Shown: piece after piece, positions 58,062 through 64,000 of the stretch
Position numbering within the stretch: the stretch's first letter is position 1
How the letters are laid out: the number at the start of each line of letters is the position of its first letter
Source: Chrysomallon squamiferum
Lineage: Eukaryota; Animalia; Mollusca
Reading direction: 5' to 3'
DNA length: 64,000 nucleotides
NCBI GenBank assembly: GCA_012295275.1
Contig: CM022676.1
Coordinates: 4,960,001 to 5,024,000, forward strand
Made by a program: the position numbers and the translations under genes
The notes under the pieces: generated by a model
Seen by the model: the letters and a program-made list of their open reading frames with translations, nothing else
Told to the model about the DNA's origin: nothing
The model's database searches: none

Positions 58062-59288
58062 TATAATGGTTCAAGTACGCTTGTCATGGACAAGATCTCC
58101 ATTACTACGACACTCACCTCACCGTCCAGCTGCATGACCTTCATCAAGGGTTTGGAGTTGAGGTCGTAGTTCTGATTGGCTGGCTGGATGCAGAACTTCC
58201 TTAACAATGAAGTCAGCAGGCCTTCCTTCCACTCTCTGAAATAAAACATGTCAGCATTGTTATAGAACATGACAGATTTTAGCAACATTCAGTTAAAGGG
58301 TTTTGGTTTATTTTTAAATTTATTTTTATAAAGTGGTATTAGTTTTATTTTTTTTTTTTTTTTTAAATTTTCATTCAATTCTTGTTTTTGTTATAGGGAT
58401 TTTTTTCAATTTTAATTTTTAAACTTCATTCAATTCTCTGTAATAAAAACATGTGAGCATTGTTATAGAATATGACAGATTTGAGCAACATTCAGTTAAA
58501 GGGTTACATTTTATTTTTATTTTTATTTTATTCTGGAAAGGTTTTATTAGTTTTTTTTTTAATTAACAAACTTTTTTCAATTCTTTGTTAAAAACGTGAG
58601 CATTTTCATGAATATGACAGAGAACATTCAAAAGGGTTACATTTTATTTTTATTTTTATTTTATTCTGGATTTGAGGTTTTGGTTAATTAACAAACTTTT
58701 TTATTCTAATAAAAACAAAAGCATTGTTATAGAATATGACAGATTTTAGCAACATTCAGTTAAAGGGTTTTATTTTATTATTTATTTTTATTTTATTCTT
58801 AATTTGCAGTTTTTTTGTTGTTTTTTTAATTAACAAACTTCATTCAATTCTCTGTAATAAAATATGTGAGCATTTTCATAGAATATGACAGATTTTAGCA
58901 ACATTCAGTTAAAGGGTTTTATTTTAATTCTTATTTTATTCTGGGTTTTGGGGTTTTTTTAACAAACTTCATTCAATTCTCTGTAATAAAATATGTGAGC
59001 ATTGTTATAGAATATGACAGATTTTGTTTAGCATCATTCAGTTAAACAAAATATTTATTCTGGAAAGTAGTATTAGTTTTATCAGAAACCAATTTTTTTA
59101 TTTGTTAAGTTCCATCACTGAGACAAAAGCATTATTCTGTCCTGTTAGTTTCTGTTAACGACTATTATTAAACAAAAATTATAAATCTTTATACATGTTT
59201 GTACTGTTCATTCAGTCTCTCTCACATCTTTTCTAACAGGAAAGAATAAGAAAGATAGAAAGAAAAAGAGATAGAGATAAAAAGATTC

Positions 59289-59319
<31 letters not shown>

Positions 59320-59458
59320 AAAAAAATAAAGTTAAAGACAGAAACCAATGTGTAACTCATGTACATATCTTACACACTCACACACACCCACACCCACACA
59401 CACACACACATACACACACACACACACAGAGACAACACACACACACATCCACACAAGC

Positions 59459-59505
<47 letters not shown>

Positions 59506-62500
59506 GATACTCAAAGAGAGTAGATTTCATCTCTATAATGCACAAAAACGCATCAGAACACAACAAATGTTTGCTAACAGACTACAAATATAACCTCACT
59601 GCCTACAGCAGTCTAAAAACACACTCACAGAGTTTTGGGATGCAGGTATCCCATGATCTCCTCGGATTCCACAGCCTTGAGGAAAATGCTCTGAATGTTG
59701 ATGGTTTTCCCTCGTTCTCTCTCAGCCACAGCAAATGTTTTAATACACTCACTCTTACCACAGCCTGGAGGCCCAACCACAAGAATCTGAAACAAAACCA
59801 ACATCAGTTTTAAAACCAGTGGTGATGAGGTGGTGGGTGGAAATGAAAAGCATGAAAAAGATGATGATGATGAAAAGCATGAAAAAATGATGATTATGAT
59901 GATGGTATGAAAAGCATGAAAAAGATGATAATGATGATGATATAGAAAAGCATGAAAAAGATGATGATGGTGATAATGAAAAGCATGAAAAAGATGATGG
60001 TGATGATGATGATAATGAAAAGCATGAAAAAGATTATGATGATAATGAAAAGCATGAAAAAGATGATGATGACAATATAGAAAAGCATGAAAAAGATGAT
60101 GGTGATGATGATGATAATGAAAAGCATGAAAAAGATGATGATGATGATAGTATAAAAAAGGATGAAAAAGATGATGATGATATGAACAGCATGAAAAAGA
60201 TAATGATGATGAAAAGAATGAAAAAGATGATGATGATAATATAGAAAAGCATAAAAAGGTAATGATAATGATGATGATAAAAACATGAAAAGAAGATGAT
60301 CATGATGGTAATGAAAAGTATGAAAAGATAACAATGATGATGATGATGGTAATGTTGAAATTCAAACCAATGGTTTTGATGATGATAATAAGAGTGATTG
60401 AAGTGATGATAATGATGATTTTCAAAATAGCAATAATGACAGTCAAAACAGTGATGATGATGATAAAATAATGGTGTTGTTTGTGATAATAACAATGATA
60501 AAGCAATAACATCAATAATAATTATCAGAATTGTTCCAGTGATAATGATGATGATTACATTCAAAACCGTTGTCATGATGTTGTCGACGATGATGATAAT
60601 GATGATAGTAACAGTAACAGTAATGACAGGAGTTTTAACAACAAGAAAAAAGATAATAACAACAACAACAATTGTATTAACCATAATACAAATATGAGCA
60701 CTATAACGTTCAGGAAATGTATTTATAAATATTTTATTATTACAAAAACGTATTAAAAATGCACTCACAGTTTGGTGGGCTGAATTCAGCTGAGCTAACT
60801 GGACAACTCTTGCTTGGAAAGCTGTGCCAGGCAACAGGCCGAGGTCCCCAGTAGCAACAGCGATGGCATCGACGATGTTTTCGAGAACGTCGTGCTGGTG
60901 TACATGGCCCATGGAACTGTAGCACTCTGTACCAATCGACACAAACGGTGTGTTCAGTTGTAAAGATTCTGAAATGTAAATAAATAAATAAGTAAGTAAA
61001 TAAATACATAAATAAATAATTATATAAATAAATAAATAAATAATTAAATAATTACATAAATAAATAAATAAATAAATACATAAATAATTACATAAATAAA
61101 TAAATATATAAATAAATAAATAAATAAATAAAATAAATATATAATTAAATTAATTAATTACTTAAAATTAATAAATAAATCAAAATAAATAAATAAATAA
61201 ATAAACAAACAAATAAATAAATAAAAAAATAAATAAAATAAATAAATATATAAAAATATAAAAATAAATAAATAAAATTAAAACAAATAAAAAATAAAAG
61301 AAAAAATAAATAAAAAAATAAATAAAAATAATTAATTAATTAAAAAAATTAAATACTTTTTACAATTTCAGAAGTATATTTTTATGGTTATAAACTTTAT
61401 CATTAACAATATTTTGTGAACAAAAGATTAAGAATCAAGATTTTAATTTTCAATTATCTGTATCATTATATTCATTACTATTTTTTTCATTTCACTTTTT
61501 AAGATGACTAATGATTGTAAACAGTGTTGTTTTATATGAAAACATAAAAACTGAAACACTAAAATAGATGCAATTTTTGTTTTTTAAATTTCTAAATGGT
61601 AAAAACGTTTATAATTTTTTTTTTTATAGTGCATTAATATGTAGATGTATATAAATAATAATGACATTTATCTATAAAATCTTAACTAGAAAACACTGAT
61701 CCAGATAAATACACAAACATTATCACTCTAGTAGTAATTTTACTGGACTAGGATGTATGGGAAGTTCTGTAATAAATGACAAAAAAAAACTTTAGTTTTT
61801 TTGTATTTTGAGGTTATAATGTTCCAGAGTATAAGAAAGCTTTTGTTTTTAATTTACATTTTATTTCTTATTATTTTTATTTTATTTTATTTTATTTTAT
61901 TTCATATTTATTTATTTTATTTTATTTTATTTTATTTTATTTTATTTTATTTATTTTTTTTTATTTATTTATTTATTTATTCATTTCATTTTTAAAACAG
62001 TTATTATTTTTTTAAAATGTTATTATTATTTATTTATTTATTTACTTACTTACTTACTTACTTACTTATTTACTTATTTATTTTCAGTTTTAAAAATTTT
62101 AGATGTATTTGTGTTTGTTGTTGTTATTTTATTTTATTTTTTTGGTTACTTATTTCTAAAGTACTCTTGTAGACTTGTTAAAACAGATTCTATATTTAAA
62201 AATTGTTCAAAATAACCAACCTAATTTCTATTTCTAAGCCAAATTAATTAGTACACAAAACACATACAACTAGACAGCTTAAAAAAATATATATAAATAA
62301 AATGATTGACCTATCTCTGATCTAAGACAAACATGAATATAGTTTCTTTTTAAAAAAATTATCTACTTGATCTACATATTAACCCTAAATCCTTGACAAA
62401 AACACTAAAACAAATATTTATATTATATATGTACAATATATTACTGAAAAACATGCACAGAATAATTAAATTATACGTTTAGAAAAAAATTAATTAGCAT

Positions 62501-62860
62501 TTGTTTTAATTACAATCATGCACATACACAAACATGCAAGCACATGAACACTGTCTTCTGTTATTCCAGATTGTTGGGTAATACTTTTTAATCATAATCA
62601 CACATACACACAAATATTTTATAAATTCAAAAATAAAACTAACTACTGTATATAATGACAATATCCATTCATGCTTTTATATACATGAAACAACAATTTC
62701 TATGCTTACAAAAAATACCAATTTTTACTCACCCAAATAATTTCATAGTAGAAGATGGCAAATTAAGATTCAACAGAAGAATTAAAGATTTATTTTATTT
62801 GCCACACACACAGACCCACACACACACACAAACCCAGACCCACACACACACACAAACACA

Positions 62861-62895
<35 letters not shown>

Positions 62896-63635
62896 CTCTT
62901 TAATGTAACAGGTCTAATATAACCTAACATGTCAGTTAGTATGTGTATTCACTTCAGTATTAAAACTGATTTTTACTTGGAATGGAATAAATATAAAATA
63001 TATATATTTTTGTATGTGTGTGTCTGTGTTTTAGATGCATCCCGTGCAAAAAATAGTCAAAATGGTTGTGCTCATTTAAAACAGAAAGAAAAATATTCCA
63101 TTATAACTAACAAGCAATTGCACGCACGCACTTGCACGCACGCACACACACACACACTTACATATACGTAAATAAATACATACTTAAGTTACATCTTAAT
63201 AAATAAATATATGAACAGACATATATAACCTTTACACATATCAGTTTAAATAAAACCTATCCATGAGGTCTTCATCACATTGTCTTAAAACCAACAAATT
63301 AGCTAGTTTACAAGCTCACTTAAACAAATAACAACATTAAAGAAACAACTTCTGACCTTTCAAATTTGCATATTTTGGTCCTGAGGCTTTCACTGCTGGA
63401 TCTGAAATCAGCGTCTGACTAGAGTCCCCTTGCTGCAGCTCTCTGTCGGTGTCACCCCCAAATATCATGGGAAGGTCAAGGTTAGGCCAAAGGTCGCACA
63501 CAAAGGTCGAGAAGACACTGGCATCCCTGTTTTGCATTCTGGGAAGGAAGGTGTCTCGCAGAGCCACGACCAAAGACTCGTCTTCGAAACTTTGTTGTTT
63601 GTCCTGTTTTAGCAACATGTCCACTGGTGTTTCAG
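11953..63635 (-). CDS. Divergent dynein heavy chain-like gene (axonemal-type or DNHD-like), 5'-partial, about 52 exons in window
   Basis: Collinear dynein motor motifs: LRDTFLPR..F..DLWP (AAA1 end), GPPGCGKS, EWKEGLL, LDG, LANNERI (AAA2), GENGCGKT, LIDDLN, RLLRHF, HYIFTIRDL (AAA3), LWQHE, stalk coiled coils/MTBD, YLGAY, PMMIDP, NFRFYLST (AAA5), GWVVIEDLHL (AAA6), WLGGLVNPQA, YNCPVY, HWVL (C-domain). Confidence 0.95.
12235..12662 (-). repeat. Coding 36-bp minisatellite, ~12 copies of (K/R)(K/R)EGS(Q/H)(T/S)SGLGL
   Basis: Directly visible in both DNA and translation. Confidence 0.95.
14115..14208 (-). CDS. Dynein-like exon: end of the canonical C-terminal domain
   Basis: IVTLPL...EHWVLSRTAIILDP, followed by a phase-1 donor GTAAAT. 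Confidence 0.88.
14878..15019 (-). CDS. Dynein-like exon: C-terminal domain
   Basis: TYNCPVYMNK. Confidence 0.9.
15216..15352 (-). CDS. Dynein-like exon: C-terminal domain
   Basis: EDGIFFTHLYIQGAGWS. Confidence 0.88.
16026..16231 (-). CDS. Dynein-like exon: C-terminal domain
   Basis: DLKKRYNQLYEW...VWLGGLVNPQALIAALRQ. Confidence 0.9.
16606..16807 (-). CDS. Dynein-like exon: C-terminal domain
   Basis: ECLWMNAVLCHI...VPVSW...SLVSWL. Confidence 0.9.
17020..17395. repeat. Degenerate intronic minisatellite (~26 bp)
   Basis: Recurrent ttacaaataaaaacagcttattt. Confidence 0.75.
17509..17788 (-). CDS. Dynein-like exon: C-terminal domain
   Basis: ICVEQLPPLL...IGYVLLQ. Confidence 0.88.
18284..18389 (-). 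CDS. Dynein-like exon
   Basis: PANYAEYVERAVEHDITLLALQL; phase-compatible. Confidence 0.8.
19133..19246. repeat. (TC)n microsatellite
   Basis: Directly visible. Confidence 0.95.
19270..19417 (-). CDS. Dynein-like exon: AAA6 lid
   Basis: LLYGAMLKDEIDKTYI. Confidence 0.88.
20102..20373 (-). CDS. Dynein-like exon: AAA6 lid
   Basis: LVYGVALIHSVLVARQLFGSIGLSQWYPF. Confidence 0.9.
20405..20610. repeat. Tandem repeat, ~52 bp x 4, next to a splice acceptor
   Basis: ttagaagtatttgtgaaagcaaaataaatatatatgactttttt repeated. Confidence 0.9.
21300..21672. repeat. (TATG)n microsatellite
   Basis: Directly visible. Confidence 0.95.
21739..21948 (-). CDS. Dynein-like exon: AAA6
   Basis: SRFCVWITCEP...LIRNLHKVAW. 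Confidence 0.88.
23120..23300 (-). CDS. Dynein-like exon: AAA6
   Basis: DGWVVIEDLHLA. Confidence 0.9.
24470..24828 (-). CDS. Dynein-like exon: AAA6 start
   Basis: LSEFHQLLILRMLRPDRLPAALTDYV. Confidence 0.9.
25467..25715 (-). CDS. Dynein-like exon
   Basis: PTWLSQEKWEDI...WHAWYKSPYPERQPLP. Confidence 0.9.
25735..26085. repeat. Tandem repeat, ~31 bp, next to a splice acceptor
   Basis: cgatttggaaaaatatttattttgcaaattta repeated. Confidence 0.9.
26466..26575 (-). CDS. Dynein-like exon
   Basis: SLYEEDGLKFATLLCL...EELSLLLQG. Confidence 0.9.
26948..27139 (-). CDS. Dynein-like exon
   Basis: KIKQLMDILTSLVYHRIR; acceptor position and phase uncertain. Confidence 0.8.
28255..28347 (-). CDS. Dynein-like exon: acidic insertion
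   Basis: QKEKDETSEGATLSQTEKEQSEGGMQEVTE; donor position uncertain. Confidence 0.65.
28848..28968 (-). CDS. Dynein-like exon: acidic insertion
   Basis: GFEADDSSDTDRRPRVGSD...; AG/GT ends. Confidence 0.78.
29660..29890 (-). CDS. Dynein-like exon: buttress/AAA5 small subdomain
   Basis: PLARRASMLYSVLRSLATIHKEYTFTLTYFLELF. Confidence 0.9.
30432..30799 (-). CDS. Dynein-like exon: AAA5/buttress
   Basis: HKNFRFYLSTPLAMPKFNPEI...LINY...LTEDLL...RPDL. Confidence 0.92.
30874..31306. repeat. Tandem repeat, ~60 bp x 7, starting at a splice donor
   Basis: aactggtctatgctactacaaatcatttagtgtgaataaacctttatttacaaactctctcttc repeated. Confidence 0.9.
31308..31456 (-). CDS. Dynein-like exon: AAA5
   Basis: LEKAITRGKPVLLRNCQEHVDNIIMPL. 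Confidence 0.9.
32931..33090 (-). CDS. Dynein-like exon: AAA5
   Basis: IENAAIL..WQRPPMMIDPNGEGAFWL. Confidence 0.9.
33305..33502 (-). CDS. Dynein-like exon: insertion end / AAA5 start
   Basis: ...LVKVLVGEKTLNEWIRK. Confidence 0.85.
34454..34673 (-). CDS. Dynein-like exon: K/E/P/T-rich insertion
   Basis: TIPESPNEKKDKEK...PRTPPKSPKSP...TPKTPKK; phase-compatible. Confidence 0.8.
34704..34778. repeat. (AG)n microsatellite
   Basis: Directly visible. Confidence 0.95.
35028..35155 (-). CDS. Dynein-like exon: insertion
   Basis: RVIDWSINFLK...EEYMPLK; phase-compatible. Confidence 0.8.
35607..35769. repeat. (CA)n microsatellite
   Basis: Directly visible; many other (TAA)n, (TAAA)n and (CA)n tracts occur throughout the introns. 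Confidence 0.95.
35780..35999 (-). CDS. Dynein-like exon: CC2 end / AAA4 small subdomain
   Basis: LKNERQRC...GGCAMASAFSTYLGAYHHNFRR...W...GIP. Confidence 0.9.
36709..36834 (-). CDS. Dynein-like exon: stalk CC2
   Basis: ALDLRLADLARGFEEATIDK...LETAAQLRR. Confidence 0.88.
37685..37799 (-). CDS. Dynein-like exon: stalk CC2
   Basis: YHRMMISKVKPLHSKV...ESKRK. Confidence 0.88.
38211..38378 (-). CDS. Dynein-like exon: MTBD
   Basis: FIEELMTFD...PYL...FDPE...ACTSLCRWVRGV. Confidence 0.9.
39150..39216 (-). CDS. Dynein-like exon: MTBD
   Basis: KSPSADLTWQKGAKRQMANLE. Confidence 0.88.
39526..39700 (-). CDS. Dynein-like exon: CC1/MTBD
   Basis: LSELRAMSKPIIEIEDLMAAIIMI. Confidence 0.88.
40325..40429 (-). 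CDS. Dynein-like exon: stalk CC1
   Basis: GTIKILSQIGQDTAITEQQVKVVKNQLEKIHKLKK. Confidence 0.85.
40900..41360. repeat. AT-rich 39-bp tandem repeat
   Basis: aaaattccaatttaataaatataaaa... repeated. Confidence 0.85.
41377..41533 (-). CDS. Dynein-like exon: stalk CC1
   Basis: Coiled-coil FISLARNRHQLV...LEERKA. Confidence 0.88.
42282..42432 (-). CDS. Dynein-like exon
   Basis: ENIAHMLASMH...HITNTSFEKFVE. Confidence 0.88.
42791..43920. repeat. 39-bp minisatellite made of exon 3' end + GTAAG donor (>20 copies)
   Basis: tcaacttaccacgcaggtgacagagggaatattcaagtt repeated. Confidence 0.95.
43898..44105 (-). CDS. Dynein-like exon: AAA4 end, frame-disrupted
   Basis: Fragments MCLIAGKG, QRRC, KNVKFIWF and VEHSLYHLR lie in different frames, interleaved with satellite-like sequence. 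Confidence 0.6.
44756..44961 (-). CDS. Dynein-like exon: AAA4
   Basis: GEKILLLLHEGELLNEDFLVFI...SGSITHLFTQEE...AWNFFL. Confidence 0.9.
45495..45737 (-). CDS. Dynein-like exon: AAA4 (degenerate P-loop)
   Basis: IEQVCRLARTI...NTVLTSEGCPGRCTIIMKLAAHLCGY...FKADL..YTRAG. Confidence 0.9.
46600..47240. repeat. ~45-62 bp minisatellite made of exon 3' end + donor
   Basis: ttttaccttgtacaaagccagctttatt...gaaacagaggcacagctctgtg repeated. Confidence 0.95.
47212..47448 (-). CDS. Dynein-like exon: AAA4 start
   Basis: LYRPVSSLTELKDLLERGVEEYN...IKLALYK. Confidence 0.9.
48269..48440 (-). CDS. Dynein-like exon: AAA3 lid
   Basis: LLWQHECFWLYGRRMVNDVD. Confidence 0.9.
48650..49166. repeat. 72-bp minisatellite made of exon 3' end + donor
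   Basis: The unit translates FTIRDLxNxFR|SVYVKYCRLEVLV. Confidence 0.95.
49135..49298 (-). CDS. Dynein-like exon: AAA3 lid
   Basis: MFLPTSQRCHYIFTIRDLANVF. Confidence 0.9.
50010..50109 (-). CDS. Dynein-like exon
   Basis: NAVLQTIFTTLLHVHF; phase-compatible with neighbouring exons. Confidence 0.85.
51723..51931 (-). CDS. Dynein-like exon: AAA3 (arginine finger region)
   Basis: ELVREHLDDGGFY...LSQRLLRHF. Confidence 0.9.
51950..52795. repeat. ~20-22 bp minisatellite filling an intron
   Basis: tttttaatacaagacatatcag repeated. Confidence 0.9.
52930..53056 (-). CDS. Dynein-like exon: AAA3 Walker B
   Basis: FVPKGNKRLLCLIDDLNLAQ. Confidence 0.9.
53461..53621 (-). CDS. Dynein-like exon: AAA3 Walker A
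   Basis: RPVMIVGENGCGKTS. Confidence 0.9.
54223..54351 (-). CDS. Dynein-like exon
   Basis: VFDYVVD...FCRW...LVHTIHVD. Confidence 0.9.
55072..55242 (-). CDS. Dynein-like exon: AAA2 lid
   Basis: YFNFACIWSFGGTL...RESFSTWWR. Confidence 0.9.
56238..56534 (-). CDS. Dynein-like exon: AAA2 C-terminal part
   Basis: IESLEHLSPSLLANVGVLAMSTSDVGWK...; 297 nt, phase 0/0. Confidence 0.9.
57307..57420 (-). CDS. Dynein-like exon: AAA2
   Basis: ADPDQLVLLENVLNNTGSIVLANNERIVLPDTLRFIWE. Confidence 0.9.
58118..58235 (-). CDS. Dynein-like exon: AAA2
   Basis: EWKEGLLTSLLR...VMQLDGE. Confidence 0.9.
58240..59045. repeat. Dispersed tandem repeat starting at a splice acceptor
   Basis: agcattgttatagaatatgacagattttagcaacattcagttaaaggg recurs about 6 times. 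Confidence 0.85.
59629..59786 (-). CDS. Dynein-like exon: AAA2 Walker A
   Basis: ILVVGPPGCGKSECIK...EEIMGYLHPKTL; not in the ORF track, translated by hand. Confidence 0.9.
59843..60330. repeat. Compound (GAT)n / gaaaagcatgaaaaa repeat
   Basis: Directly visible. Confidence 0.85.
60769..60968 (-). CDS. Dynein-like exon: AAA2 lead-in
   Basis: ENIVDAIAVATGDLGLLPGTAFQARVVQLAQLNSAHQT; AG/GT ends. Confidence 0.85.
63357..63635 (-). CDS. Dynein-like exon: AAA1 small subdomain end
   Basis: DESLVVALRDTFLPRMQNRDASVFSTFVCDLWP; AG/GT ends. Confidence 0.85.
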
Positions 63636-64000
63636 CTGAAATTTTGAAAACATTTATTATTATATTATTTTTATTATTATATATATATTTTTTATTGTTA
63701 TTATTACTGTGGTTGTTATCATTTCTAATACTATAGTTGTCATCATCATCATTATTATTTATTAGTACTTTCAACATAATTGCAAAACCATTATTTTTTA
63801 TCATTAGTTATATTATAAATGATTAGGTTATATAATCATTATTACTATAATTATCACACATTAATTATTATTATTGTCATCATTATCATTATCATTATCA
63901 TCATCACATCAATTATTAATATTATTATTATTGTTGTCATTATTGCCATTATCATCATCATCTTCATTTTGAATATTATTAATATTGTCATCATCATCAT

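Noticed and set aside
11953-63635. Assigning a specific symbol such as DNHD1 or DNAH9/17
   Set aside because: The sequence is too divergent to place by eye; a phylogeny is needed.
1-64000. Autonomous transposons, tRNA or rRNA genes
   Set aside because: No transposase or reverse transcriptase ORFs and no recognisable structural RNA seen; short non-autonomous elements cannot be excluded by eye.

Overview
Eukaryotic (animal; by inference lophotrochozoan/mollusc-like), very AT-rich, microsatellite-dense genomic DNA with two spliced genes, both on the minus strand. (1) 11953-63635: the 3' part of a divergent dynein heavy chain-like gene. I trace about 52 exons from the end of AAA1 through AAA2-AAA4, stalk/MTBD, AAA5, AAA6 and the C-terminal domain. 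It has a degenerate AAA4 P-loop, large low-complexity insertions and an extra ~577-aa terminal exon with a 12-aa repeat. The 5' part lies beyond the window. (2) 1012-5874: a PARP14-like gene (RRM-like, macro and WWE pieces; catalytic domain not in the window) that looks disrupted. Upstream of it is a triplicated putative promoter/first-exon block, each copy carrying a tandem ISRE-type (IRF) element. Many intronic minisatellites start exactly at exon-intron junctions. Exon boundaries were read by eye from GT/AG sites and reading-frame continuity. Most short ORFs in the track are simple-repeat artefacts.
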